From contig OZ360242.1 of NCBI GenBank assembly GCA_977017645.1, forward strand, positions 30,194,001 through 30,258,000: a DNA stretch of 64,000 bases, given 5' to 3'. Position 1 is the stretch's first letter, and every line of letters begins with the position of its first letter. Below are positions 26,766-40,640 of this stretch, one piece after another. The position numbers and the translations under genes were made by a program. Below the pieces are notes generated by a model. The model was not told the origin of the DNA. It saw only the letters and a program-made list of their open reading frames with translations, and did not search any database. This DNA is from Torpedo marmorata (taxonomy: Eukaryota).

Positions 26766-29700
26766 TAAACATAAATGTACAAAAGAGTTGCACTACAATC
26801 ACAACGTCTGTTTAACTCCAAAAAGGATCAAGATTGTTCAAGAAAAAAAACAGATCCATGTTATTTATATTTGATTTCCTTCCACTGACCATCTAGTCTA
26901 GACTTTCACTCAACCGATATACACATACTCAGTAAATAGATGTGATCCCACTTTGAACTGACTGCCTTACTTATTCATCTCTGCCGTAGAAGCTCGCTCA
27001 GTCTTTCATAATTAAAAACAGCAAAATGCTGGAATCAGGCCGGCCAGGCAGCGTCTATATCTCACTGAGAGTGTAGGAGGAGAGAGAGCCTCATTTGGTG
27101 TGACCAATTTTCAAGACTGTTCCTTGCTTTGAGTTAAATCGTTTGGCAGCCCATAACCCACTCCTCCCCCCAAAAAAATGTGTAGATGTGGCGAGGGATG
27201 GGATGAAAGGAGAAGGGGTCACTCTATTTCAAATATCTACCGTTGGATAACAATCTCAAAAGTATCATTTGGCCTTCGAAGTACTTGGTATTCGCCAAAT
27301 TCGCTGCCGAATTCAGGTACATTAATCGCAGCAGATCAGTTTAACATTTTCAAGCAGAGGTCGAAATATAATTGAAGATTTTTTTCTGGAAAGAAAAAGC
27401 AGTTTACAACCATTGAAAATAATTGGCAATGAGCCAAATTTGTAGTGAGTGTCTCTGTCAGTTTCGCGTCAGTGTCACCCTGGATATTTCCATCGACCAA
27501 TCCAGGCACTGGGCTACTTTCTACGGTGGAGTAAGCAAATAGGTCACTGCCCATAAGTTTCAAACATTGTGCCAGACAAATCCAAACAGCTCCATAATGC
27601 AAATTACTCCTGCAGATTCGCGTTAAGGCACCCTTTGTTTTTTAAAAAATAGCTGCGCGCTTTATATTTTGATTATATTTATACAGATAGAGAAATTAAG
27701 ATGAAGGTAGAATCCAAAGCAAGGCAATACCAAACTAAAATGGAATAATCAGAGTCAGCGTTAAGCTAGTTTCAAGTTTGGGGTTTAAAAGCTTGAAAAT
27801 TCTTCACCTTTTTAGGAAGGGTTGGAGAGATGATGGATTTTCAAAATCTTTATGGTTACTGGGGACAAAAAACTGTTTATTTTATCGAGGGTTCCGCTTA
27901 AAACAATTGTATCGGCGTTTAAATTTGAATCCCCTTTTTCCAATCTGAGGGTTTTTGTACATTTTACAAAAGAGAGAAGTGTTGATCAGGAGCCTGAAAG
28001 GGCTCTGGGAGCAGAAGCAATGGTAACTTCAACAGGGAATTTGGGAGAATACTTGAAGGGGAAATGTGCAGAACTTTCAATTTTTCAGAATAGGTCTTTG
28101 AAAGAACCAATTCTGGGAGGATCGCAGAACGACTCCCACTGCGCTATGTCAATCTGCCAGTACGGAATTTTCCTCCGTCGATCATCACAATTTCGTGAAC
28201 CTGCCCGAGGGGGTGGGAGATGCAGTTGTTTGAAAACATTGGAGTAAAATATCTTGGGCGCTTAAGTATTTGCTCCAATTTCGCCGATTTTTTTTTAACG
28301 CGGTCTTTGCTCTCCCTCGCAAACACAATTACAGGTTTATCTTTAATTTTTTTAAGAATATGGGGGCAATTATTGCTGGTAATTTCTGGAGCAGTTGTGG
28401 CTTCGAGCGATTAGTAAGAGCTAGGTTATAGAGTACAGCACAATTTAGTAGTGCCAGCCCTGTGGTGACACGATGGGTAGGGAATATGGAATGAATCTTG
28501 CCCATTCATTCTGTAACGTTTGCAAAATTGCTGCTCATTTGGACGACTTTTAAGCAGGCCTACGCAAAGCTCCTGGAGACATAATTGGCAAGAAATGATG
28601 AGTAAAATAGCACACGGGTCCCCATTTTGTTTCTTTCCAGCATTATGCGGCAGATGGATGCTTCCAGTGAAAGCTGGGATTTTACTGCAGAAGGTGTTTC
28701 AGGACAAGTTTTTATACCAAGCAGCGCCTCGGGGTTTCTTTGCAAGGGCACTATGTCTGGAAGTTTTGAAAAATTCCTTTTTGCATAAGCGCTTCTATCA
28801 TATCCTGAATTAAGAATAATCGGCCCATCATTATATCTATGTGGCCGGTGAGGGCAACAGCGCAACGGGAGAGACCACACAATCCAAGCGGATTTACTGG
28901 TGCTCGCAGGCTTCCCATGTCAATTTTCTTTCTCATGCAATCCCTCCTTCAACCTATCCAACTTCTTCTTGAATGCTTTCCTTCAAGCATATTTCCTTCT
29001 TTTTGCCCGGGTAATACTTGGAGTAAAAATGATTGTTCTGTTGTAAAGCGCTGATGTGAACACATTGAAGCGGTTATATAAATACACTTGAAGGTTTCTT
29101 AAGTTAAGATGTAAAGCGACTAAGTCACATCCATCTCAATCTCATTGCTCCTTTTGTAACTTCCATGTTTCACTGTTCTCAATTACTGGTGGTGGGTGGA
29201 AAAGCTGAATTTTGTGGTGTTTTATCCATTATGACAAGGTGGCAGGAAGAGAAAGAGAGAAACAAGTGTGGTTAAATGGTTACAGTGGAGGTTCCGTGCA
29301 ACAACCTCGTATCAGTAGAGGTTAAACAAAATTGGAAGCATTGGAAGACCCGTGTAAATTATGAAGAATGGAAATATGAAGGGGGGGGGGATAATTGGGC
29401 GCAATATAATTTTGCATTCTCTCCAAGCCAGAGGGATTGCCTCCAATGGAATGGAGTTAGTGCATTTGGGAGACCTGGAGCAAAGCAGAACTGCTACCAA
29501 TTGGTGTTTTTTTAAAGAAAAAGTGAGGAGGTGTTATTGGCTCGGGTTAACCGTGAACAGTTTGGAAAACAACGCCACGGTTTAGACGCATTGTTCATCT
29601 ATTTCGGAATTGTAATAAAGACCATGCGCTTTTAAAAATCAAAATAAACCCCAGCCACCTCCTCTCCCCCTCCCCCTCCCCTTCCCCCCTCCCCTTCCCT

Positions 29701-32700
29701 TCCCCCTACCCCCCCTCCCCCCCTCGCCGCCGAGGTTTTATCGTCGAAACTGCGTTCAACACCAACCATTCACTTTGCGCTCGGGCTTGGGGTAAATGGG
29801 GGTGCCTCAGGGCATTGCTATTTGTTAGAGGGCGAGGTTCGCCAATGTTTGCCTGCTTCAATTTTAATGAAAGTCGTTCCCGGATCAGGATTAAATTCCC
29901 TCCCAGTAAAGGGAATTAAACGCAGCACTGAAGGGGAGGGAGGGGAGGGGTGGTGGGGTGGAAGGGATATTCTGCATTTTTGGAGGCGCGAAATCCAAAT
30001 TTGGCAAACTTTGCTGCTCTTCATTAGATATTAATAATCCTTTCATTGACTTAAAAGGCAATGTGTGCTTTAGTGAAATGTGGAGCACTGGCTCACATTG
30101 CTATACATACAGCCTGTAAATTAATACAATCTGCCTATATTTTAAACAGTGTCGTAAAGACGTGGTTGTCAGTGCTTTAGTGCTGTTTACGTGGCCTACC
30201 CACAACATTAATTAAAACAATATATACAATTACATGAAATGTTATGCAGTGATAATCCTTTGGTCTTTGTGCTTTTGCTCTTACTATATCTTTCTTAGCT
30301 TAGCCTCAAAATCTTATCCGCAGTTGTTTTTTTAAATCTCCGAACCTATCACCCATTTTAGACGATCGCGTCTTTTTTTTCCCCGTCGAATTCACCTTTT
30401 TTCAATGAGGATTTTGGCGGATAGACTTAAGTCTGAGTTTATAAGAACGGTTAGTTAAACGGTTTACGGTATTTACATGCAAACAAAATTACACGTTTAG
30501 TTTCATATTTGATCCTTCATAACTAAGAGCCTTATTGCTGAGATTTCGCCCTACAGACTTATCTGATTATGTGGAAACATGTCAGGGCACAATTTTTAAT
30601 GACCAAATTGGCGATATTGTAAATTTAATCTGGGGAATTAACATCTCCAGAGCAGGGTACAAATTGTATTATCGCCCTCACTGACCTCTTCTGCCACCCC
30701 CACTGACTGCAGTGGATGGAGAGACCAAGATCCATCCCCGCTACCTTAAATGTTTTGTAATTAAACGATATGCTTCCTTTTCGGAAAAGTGCTGTGGTTT
30801 AACATTCGAGAAGCTCAACGAAGTCAAGAAATGTTTACATATTTTTAACCAAAAACGACAGATGTCGTTTTGTGTGAATAGGGAGAAAGATGGGTGTGTG
30901 CGCCTTTGGGTGGAGATGTTTAAAGTAGGGGAACACACCAAATTGAAAAGGCTGGACCACTGCATGGTACTGCAGATGCTGCGACATATCATTTTAAACG
31001 GATATTTTCAATCTACTTGATAAACCAGGCATCAGTTGTCCACCACGGGCTGCATCATTGGACACTTCAAAGTCAGACCCCTGCATCCTTGCTGAATATC
31101 TAAACGAGCACAAATTTCATGCAGATAGTGCTTTTATTGATGATTTTTTTGTTTGAGGTGTGACACTGATGAACAAAGTGTTCACTTTTATTCCCCTTTC
31201 AGTTTCTCCAGGCTATTGAGATAACTCGACTCCTCTGTGGGGATAAGGAACAAACAGTCCACAGAGAAACATTTATCCAACTGATGACCTTAGAAAATCT
31301 AGATACATATTTTAAAGCATTTTGCCAACTATGGAAATGTATAATTTTGTTTGGATAATGACAAGCCAGAATTAAAGTGAATATGTATAGTCTTTGCTGG
31401 AGTCACTACAGGGCATACTCTTCCACAGATGCCTTCTCTGGGCTTTTCTGGTCGTAACTTTGGCTGTGTGCCAGAAGCACTCCCCTTGGTCCACACTTGC
31501 TTTTAAAGAGACATAAGGCAGATTTCAACCTGACAGCCCATCACTTAATTACAGTCCAAAGTCTCCTGTGCTCAAATCCCTCCTTGCAATTTCTTTAAGT
31601 CTCTCTGCTCTCCCCATTCACTCCCCACCCCCCCTTCATCTCCTCAACCAACTCCGTTCCTTTGACTGGAGTTACACAAGAGGGAGAAAATACTGAATAA
31701 AGCATAAATCTTTTTGAAATGCACGTCAGTCCATAACTTGGAAAGACAGAAGCGCCAAGGGTTCTTTCTTTTGCCTTTCATTTGCCGGGAATCAGCAAAT
31801 TGCAATTCCTCTTTGGTGTATTGCTTTGGAGTGAGGAGACAACCCCCCCCCCCCCTCCCTATCTGACTGCTTTGAATGTGGTGATTCATTTAAATGGACG
31901 ATTGTTCATTTTTGTCAGAGAGGGAATGATGAGCTCCATGGCACAAGGTCCACCAGTATAGATTCCTTCTCATTTTCATTCTCAACTCAGATTAATTAGG
32001 AATCAATGCATTGTCTGTCTATCTCAGCCCGTTTTCACTAGTGCAGTACTGGTCTGTAAGTTTCACACATTCTGCATCAATCTTAATGAGAGCCCCGGTA
32101 ATAACATTACTTGGAACATCACGCTCATTTAGAAATAAGTTATTGGGCTAGACATTAGGATAGACATTGGATAAGTTTTCTTTTATTTTAATGTGCCACC
32201 TCCACAGGTTGACCTAAAACCAGCAGTGTGTCTTCAGGTTTAATGTACTGGAGATTCTGCTGAGGTTGAAGTGATCATTGCTGACTGCCAATAACCTGGA
32301 ATGCCTCCTAATTCAAAATCCATATTCTCGGCAATTTTTCAAAAAATTGTTGAGAAGATATATTTCCATCCAATTATTGTACATACAAATCTTAAATATA
32401 TGTTGGAATGGTCAAGAGTTGGACTGCAATTCAGTGGGTCATACGTTGACCTGTATACAGAACCTTTCACTCTACCTGGCTGCTTTATAATGCTAAATGT
32501 ATGCAGGCATTTCGGCCTTTGAGAAGGAAGCACAGAAATTGCCAAAAGAGCAATTAAGTAATCTTTAAATGCAAATTGCTCATGGACTGAAATTACAACT
32601 CATCTAACGTGTGAGCAGTGTGAGATGCCTTCTCACTGGGATGCTGATAACAGTTTGGTTCAGGGTGAGGGTCAGGCTGGACAGGACTTCCTGACTGATA

Positions 32701-34242
32701 CTGCAATGCACCTTAAAACTTTCTAACATACAATCAACTGACAGTATAGTTGCACTTTTGAAAACATTAAAATGTAACTTGTTTTATTGGCATTGTTTGA
32801 AATTTAGGTTTTGGATTAAAATCATGTTAATCCTTGATTCCTACATTGGTGTAGAAAATAGCTAAGTATTTAAGCATCATTTTTCAAGATAAGGGCATTA
32901 CTGGACTGGACAGCATTTACTAGCATTCTTAGTTGTCCTTGAGAAGATGGCAATCAGCTCCTGGAGTACCCCCACAGTGCTGCAAGCGGTGATCTTCGGG
33001 AGGAAATATGAGGATTTTGCCCAGCCCCAGCATGAATTGGCCATGAATTTCCAATTCATGTGACTTAGGTGAACAAAGAGTTTCTTGCTCCTTGTTGTAG
33101 TTGTCAGGAATTATGGGATTGGCTGGTGCTACAGAAGCTCAGTGAAAATTTCTAAGTATGATTGAAAAAGATGATCAGTAATAAAAGTTACAGCCATGGT
33201 AAAAAGTTATTCAGACACCAAATCCAAGAGGCCCTAATATTTCTTTCTCAACCCAAATTAGAGATTACTTGGCAATGGTATAATTGGTATGTGGGGAATT
33301 ATCCCTGCAAAAGCCTTTAGATCATGGAACCTTTCTAGAATAGGAGTAGCTTGAAAGTGAAGATTGATGTGTTTTATTGACAGTTAGTGGGGTGTGTCTG
33401 ACAGGAGCCAAGTATCTGTGACATCTCTCAAGCACCTGATTACCCCATGACATAAAAACAATCAGAGCTTCCAAAAAGAAACTCTTTGGTTATATGTTAC
33501 AATAAAATTGGTTTCCATGCTTGTTCTTTTTAACTTTGCCTGCAGGAAACTTGATTTATTTTTTTACCAGATATTTGATATGAATATCTCCTTGATACAG
33601 AGAAGGACATATATATAAAGCTTTAATGTTACAAGAAAAATAGAGTCCAGAGCTAATGAAATCTTACTAGCTTTGCAGCCACACATTAAAAAGAGCTCAT
33701 CATATTAATACTTGTATGTACTTGGTTAGGAGTCAATGTATTGACAAATGCAATATATGGAATAATTTATTTGACTAATTAGATCTAACTATTTTCCTTT
33801 CATCACATGGGTGACAATCTATGAAAAACCAGCTCAAGTATAAGTGACATCCTCCTCCTACTTTATATAGTTTTACTTTATAACCTTTAATAGCTAAATA
33901 AACTATTCTTACTGTCACCAAGAAAATATAAAAAGGTCTTTGAAAATGTTCTGATTTTATCTGTGAGTAAGCTTTACGTCGTTTTCTGTGCTGTAGGCCG
34001 AGTGCAAAATTTGAAAGAGAAATCTGATGAAAGCCCTATCTATTCTGGCTGATCAAGTCTGCAGAGGCATTAACCCTTTCAATGCTGTAATAGGGAATTC
34101 AGCATCCTCGAGTTCTTCTTATTTTCATATAATAACTGTATTTGCATACATAATTTTTAAATTTAAAAACACTTTTGCATGAAAAGTTTTTTAAAAATGT
34201 TAAAACAAATGTACATGGAATGAATCATTTTAATGTGACACA

Positions 34243-34460
34243 ATTAGTAGTGGTTAACGCAACGCTGTTACAGTGGCAGCGATACGGGTTCGAATCCGGC
34301 GCTGCCCGTAAGGAGCTTGTACATTCTCCCCGTGTCTGCATGCATTTTCTCCGGGTGCTCTGATTTCATCTCACCTTTCAAAAGCGTACCGGGGGTGTAG
34401 ATCAATTGGGTGTAATTGAGTGGCATGGGCTCGTGGGCCGAAAGGGCCTGTTACCGTCTC
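34243..34460 (+). mobile_element. tRNA-derived V-type SINE (HE1-like)
   Basis: A-box-like TAGTGGTTA, B-box GGTTCGAATCC, V-domain-like TTCTCCCCGTGTCTGC...CCGGGTGCTC, and CR1-like tail GGGCCGAAAGGGCCTGTT. Homologous to 52461-52705. Confidence 0.85.
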
Positions 34461-36627
34461 CATTTAAAAAAAATATTAAGATCTCACATTTGAACTTCTT
34501 TTTATTTGAGGACCATGCAATTTTATGTTTGTGGGAATGATAATCTCATTTCTCTTGGGATTAATATTGAAATGTGTACAAATCCAGAATGATGACTCAC
34601 ATGTGTGAAATGACACTTCGATGGTCCCCAAAGTAGCTTAAAAGGCAAAATTATTGCTGCAGTCGAGGCTATGCATGAATAGAATCTGCTGTCTTCAAAC
34701 ACTGATAGTGTGGTTTAGAAATCTTTTCATGCAATCAAAAAGCCATAATAAATTGTGTGCATTTATTGTAGAGACCATCTTCCAAATTGTTTCCATTTAA
34801 AGATGTGAGTTTAAGATATTTTCTTAGCAAAGGAAATGAAAATTTAGTCAGAGGGGATGTAAAATTATTTTAAATTCTTATTTGTTAGCTTTTGAAGACT
34901 ACCTGGATATGGTTTGATAAGGGATTATTTTAAAAAAAACTAGCAGATTATTAATTGCTTTTGTACTTGGTAGAGCCCAGTTTGTGCATGACCATTTATC
35001 AGTTTTAACTGCTTGTTTGTTATATTGTGAATTCTGTCCCTTTTCAGCCCTGACAAGGACTCAGCTCCTTTATGGTGTTTGTCTTATGTTATAGCTTTAA
35101 AAGGCAATCTTTTTCTTGGCAAATGTTTAATCGCCTCATCTTGGATTTTTAGTTACCCTTGGGAGATTGCATAATACACAACAGCACCAGATACATAATG
35201 TTTTTAATGCCTGCACTAACTCCAATGAATGGTCTCTTACATTGCGCAGAGGCTGAATCTGTTTCTCATCACCAGTCATGTACAAGATTATGCAAGTCAG
35301 TCTTAATGCTAAACATTATAAAGCAACTAGAGGATAGAAGTGTTGTGTGTCTATATTTATGTGTCCGTGTGAGTTTGTTTCTGCTCATGTCTACTTCCAT
35401 TTTCTAAAAAAGAACCAGAATGTAATTTTCCTTCATGATTTTAATCTTTCAAGGACTTTGAGGTGTTTTGTTTCACTTGTAATTACACGTTTAGATATGT
35501 TTCATTGTAATCAAAATTTCATAAAAACACTGTTCAGTGGAATTATGCCCTGTGTAAATTTTGCGATGTAAAATTTAGTATTTGAAATATGTGATATATC
35601 ATGATGTTGACCATTTCAAGGTAGAGTGCAGATGCATAGAATTGTTTTAAAATTATCCATTTACAGAGTCTTAAAAAATCACACCTGAGGCTTTGAGCTG
35701 AATGTGAAATGTGATATTTTGCGACTTACAATAGTTATTTACTGAAATTAGTTTGGGCTTTGGTATAGCCTTAGCCAAACTGTAATGTGTCATGTCAGAT
35801 TTTGGCAAGAGGGGAACAACATTATGATAGAAATAGATACTTAACTAATCACTTTGTCCTTGATTGATATGGAGAGAGTACAGCAATGCCCATGTACTTT
35901 ATCCAGTTTTTAAGTTAATATATGGAGACCAGCTAGCTTTGCTGCACAACAAACAGTGCAATATATTTATAGCCTTTCAGTATATTAACTGAGCAATTGA
36001 CACACATGCTAATGGAAAAAAATACTTGCATGCATAACCTAATCCTAAATTCTGTGCACGCTGAGACCGGCTGATACTTGTTTTTATCTGTTTACCTGCC
36101 AATATATTTAGTACAGCCCAGATTTTTGATTTAATCTGTAATGGATTGAGTATTTGATTGCAAAAATAATTGGATGCCATACCCTAATACAGATTTATGA
36201 GTTACCCCAAAAGAATAAAGGTGTTGGTGTCCTAACAAGAGGTAACGATGATTTATTGTGCAATTCAGCTGCAGCTAATAAATCTGTATCTGTTATTCCA
36301 ATGAAAGCCGTGACCTTTATCCCCTCAGTGAAGGATGCTTTGGCTTTTTAACATGGCATCAATTACCAAATTACGTTTCAACTGGAATTTGGACAATGCA
36401 AGATAATGAATGTTTTAAGAACTGCAACAGTATTAAACTTTAGAGGATGATTTTGTTTCACTTCCCCATCATTCCATCCGCCCACTGCTATTTGTTTAGA
36501 AAAGGCTGTAAATGATATGTCCTTTGTCCCTATGGAGTTTGTTAGTTTGACTTTTAATATTCAACAACGTTTACAGCTACAATTTAAAGAAAACACATGT
36601 GCCCATGGTCCCCAGAGTCCCAAAGCT

Positions 36628-37785
36628 TCACAAGATCACAAGATAAAGGAACAGAAGTAGGCCATTCGGCCCATTGAGTCTGCTCCACCACTCCACCATG
36701 AGCTAAACCATTTTCCCATTTAGTTCCAATTTCCAGCCTTTTCCCCATATCCCTTGATACCCTGACTAATTAGATACCTATCAATCTCCTCCTTAAACTC
36801 CCCCAATGATCGGGCCTCTACAGCTGTATGTGGCAACGCATTCCATAAATCCACGACCCTCTGGCTAAAGAAATTTCTCCTCATCTCTGTTTTAAATGGG
36901 TACCCTCTAATTCTAAGACTGTGCCCTCTTGTCCTGGACTCACCCACCAAGGGAAACAACTTATTCACATCTACTCTGTCTAATCCCTTCAGCATTCAAA
37001 ATGTTTCTATGAGATCCCCTCTCGTTCTTCTATACTCCAATGAATACAATCCAAGAGCTAATAAACGCCCCTCATATGTTAGCCCTTGCATTCCAGGAAT
37101 CATCCTGGTAAATCTTCTCTGAACTCTCTCCAACATTAGAACATCCCTTCTAAGATAAGGGGCCCAAAACTGCACACAGTTCTCCAAATGAGGTCTCACC
37201 AGTGCCCCATAGAGCCTTATCAACACCTCCTTACTCTTGTACACTATTCCTCTTGAAATGAATGCCAACATAGCATTCGCTTTCCTTACTGCCGATCCAA
37301 CCTGGTGGTTAACCTTTAGGGTATCCTGCACGAGGACCCCCAAGTCCCTATGCACTTCCAAATTTTGTATTTTATCCCCATCTAAATAATAATCTGCCCA
37401 TTTATTTTTTCTTACAAAATGTACAACTGTACATTTCTCAACATTGTATCTCACCTGCCATTTCTTTGCCCACTCTCCTAAACTGTCCAAGTCTCCCTGC
37501 AACCTTTCGGTTTCTTCAACACTTCCTGCTCCTCCACCTATCTTGGTGTCATCTGCAAACTTAGCCACAAAACCATTTAATCCATAATCTAAATCATCGA
37601 TATACATTGTAAAAAGAAGCGGTCCCAACACTGACCCCTGCGGAACACCACTGGTAACCGGCAACCAACCAGAACAGGATCCCTTTTTTCCTACCCTTTG
37701 CTTTCTGCCTATCCGCCAATGCTCCACCCAATCTAATATCGTTCCTGTAATTCCATGGGTTCTCATCTTATTAAGCAGCCTCTTA
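36628..37785 (-). mobile_element. 5'-truncated CR1 LINE, relatively young
   Basis: ORF2 RT motifs GVPQGSVLGP and KFADDTK, CR1 C-terminal TRGH...RNFFSQRVV.LWNALP, and a tandem (ATCTTGTG)n tail at ~36628-36644. Confidence 0.95.
36720..37766 (-). pseudogene. CR1 ORF2 reverse transcriptase C-terminal half with one in-frame TGA at 36996-36998
   Basis: ORFs 36996..37766 and 36720..36995 are contiguous and in the same frame. Confidence 0.92.
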
Positions 37786-39154
37786 AAATGAAAGGAATAT
37801 TTAACAAAATGACAAGCCTTCTAAAATGTGTGGTTTTGGTGCTTTTAACATCTTTTTTATGTATTTGTACAGTCAATATGTGAGTCAGAATAAATACGAT
37901 TTTCAATATCCATGCCATTGTTATCTAATTTGGCTGGCTGTATTGTAACTCATATCAAGCCTCATTTATCCTTTATTCCTATGCTCACAAACTTGCACTA
38001 ATACCCCTCACCCTATTGTAACTTGGTGAAGTGCCTGCGTTTTGGGAGGAAAACCCAACAATGAATGTTGGCAGGATGACTGACCACTGCAAACGCAGCC
38101 TGCTTTTGCTTTCATTGTACATCCACATCTGAGAAATGACAGTAAGAATCACTGGAGTGGGATCGGTGATTGGTCTTCTCACTAGCCTCATTGGCAGTAC
38201 CTTTACCCCATCCTCACCTTTGCAACTAACTCAGCCAAGATCAGCTTACTTAGCAGACAGCATGCAAGAATCAGGGAGCGGGTGAGGTTCAGCTACTGTA
38301 CTGACTGTGCAGTGAGTGCAGGAAAAAATACTATTCATTTTGTTTTATTTAGTGATGTAAGGCAACATTTTTGAAAGGTTATTGAGACATCTAACAACGA
38401 AATGCCTTGCATCCAGTTGGAGCCTAAAGAATACTGAGTATTTTAAGTGTCTGAGATCCAATAGAATGAGGGAAAAGGACAAAACAATGTAAAGGGGAAA
38501 TGAGATGATGGAGTATAGAATAGAAGGTAAGGTCAGAGGAAGCATGGTATGAGAAGGAAGTGTGGAGCACAAGCACTGGAGCATTACCAGTTGGGTCAAC
38601 TGGCTATCTCTCTGCTTTCAGTTCAGTATAATTAAATATATTTAGTTGACTGATGTAGCAAAGTTAAAAGCTGCCCTTTTGTTCCAAATTCTCAGCTAAT
38701 CTGAAAATACAGAGGAATTGGAGTGGCTGCACTGCCCAAGAACTTTTGTTTTTAACATTTCCAGTACCTGAGAGAGTTTGAACATATTGTTCAAATTTAC
38801 TTATTCCGAGATTCAGCTTTGTGCAGGCATGCTTTTAAACGTTTAGCCCAGAACTTTTTTTTTCATGGAAGTCTAAACTTTACAAAGGCAAAAGGTTAAA
38901 TGCTGGCCGATTATACAGTTTCAATACAAATTCTTTCAAGTGAATGAGATGCACATGCCGAACATTTCAATCAAAAGTTGAGAATATCAAAGCAGTACTA
39001 ACAACAAAGTGTAGGAGTATTCTAAGGGGAGAGAGGGGATTATTTCTTGGTCAAATTGAAGATGACATTTAGTAGAAAGTTGCTGCTGACATTTTATCGT
39101 TACATTTTTGAAAGGGAGAGACTAAAGCCGGATATTTCTACATTTCTGTGGTAC

Positions 39155-39400
39155 TTTCCATAAACTCAAAATGTTCCAAAGAGCTACTCAGCCAATGAAA
39201 TACATTTTAAGTGTACAGTTGTAATGTAGAAGACACAGCAGCCAGTTTGCTCACTGTAAGCTTCTACCAGCAGCTTTGCGATAACAACCAGATGACTGCT
39301 GATGTTGATTGAAGGTTGAATGTTGGCCAGGGTACTTCGAAAAACTCTCCTGTCTTCTTCAAAATACAGACACAGGATTCTTTACATCTAACTGAGTGGT
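39155..39400 (-). mobile_element. Deu-domain SINE (SacSINE1/AmnSINE1-like), 3' part
   Basis: CAGCCAATGAA...GTTGTAATGTAG...GCAGCCAGTTTGC...CCAGATG...GTTGATTGA...TTGGCCAGG...TCTTCTTCAAAATA...GGATTCTTTACATC matches the recalled Deu-SINE consensus. Confidence 0.7.
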
Positions 39401-39529
39401 AGTCCGACCCAAAAGCAAATGACTATGAACATTGAAAAGTCGATACGGTGGAAATATTTACCTGATAAGGTAATACCTGTGGAGAGAAAACAGACTTATC
39501 AGGTTGATTAATCAAGTTCTGTAAGGTCA

Positions 39530-39730
39530 TTGAACTGAAACATCAACTCTGTCCAACCCATCCCACCCTGTCCTCTTTATACTGGCTATCTCACCTCTGT
39601 ACTCTCAGTCTTAATGAAGGTTCCAACCTGAGATGCCAACAATTCTTTTTCTCCCACTGATGCTGCTTGATCTGCTGTGTTCCTCCAGCAGATTGTTTTT
39701 CAGATTCCAGTGTCTGCAGTCTCTCGAGTG
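39530..39730 (+). mobile_element. Penelope-like fragment lying between the two Deu-SINE halves
   Basis: AATGAAGGTTCCAACCTGAGATG...CTGATGCTGCTTGATCTGCTG..TTCCTCCAGCA...TTCCAGTGTCTGCAGT. Confidence 0.65.
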
Positions 39731-39784
39731 TCTCCATTAACTTTGTTTGCTTTTCCACAGATGCTGCCCTTTTCATTTTTTATC

Positions 39785-39890
39785 TACAGACATAATAGGG
39801 TTGGTTTAACATCTCATCCAAAGGTGGCATTTTCAGTAGCGTGGTTCTCCCTCAGTGCTGCACCAGAGTGTCAATTTCAATTTTGTGTGC
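39785..39890 (-). mobile_element. Deu-domain SINE, 5' part (continuation of 39155-39400)
   Basis: GGTTTAACATCTCATCCAAAG...CTCCCTCAGTGCTGCAC..GAGTGTCA is collinear with the Deu-SINE consensus as I recall it. Confidence 0.65.
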
Positions 39891-40640
39891 ATGACGTTTT
39901 CCTATCAGATGCTTACAAATATTTATAATTGTTTCTTCCCAGTGTTTGGAAAGTACTAGTTTGTGCAGTGTCTTTAAACTGAGGGAATCTTTGGGACTGG
40001 GGTACAAAAGGGATGCATGTTCACAAACTGAAGAATTCAATCATCCATGACCAGTGGATCAATCTGCCATGAATCCCACGTCTACGGATTAACAAGTCAG
40101 CTTCTGTGCTCTGGACAGCATCCCTCCAACAAACCCTCTCTCGACATGAAATGGAGCTCTCTTCATGTCAATATGTCAGTTTTAAAATGTTTGCCGTCAG
40201 TAGTTTGATACGTCAAATCCAGATGTCTTAATTTTTCAATAATCGCATAGAGGAAACAGAATCTCTTGTAAAGTGTATTGAAATTTCGTTATCCCCAATT
40301 GTATAGTCCAGATCCTTCACTGTTAACTGTTATCTTCAGCTCCAGCAGTAGATTGTCAGTATCCTCACATCTCATTATCCAGTCACTTTACATACACCTA
40401 GGTATCTGTATGGTACCTTTCACATCATTGAATGTCCCAACGGTGCCTCTGAGGAGAACTCTCAGGGAAAAATTGATGTGGATCTTAATACCAGCACTGG
40501 AAAAGAACCAAGTTTAAGGAAGCGAGAGACGTAGGGAGGTTCGGGGAGGGAATTCCTATTAGAGCATGGCAAGATTATGGTGTAACAAAGGAAATTGTGT
40601 ATTTCAATAACATGAATTAACAAGTTACTGTTTTAAGGAT

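Noticed and set aside
27620-27635. TTAAGGCAC resembling the start of miR-124 (and TCTTTGGTTAT at ~33483 resembling miR-9)
   Set aside because: The matches stop after 9-11 nt and there is no precursor hairpin.
34243-34320. tRNA gene call for the A/B-box sequence (also at 52461)
   Set aside because: It continues into a V domain and CR1-like tail, so it is a SINE head.
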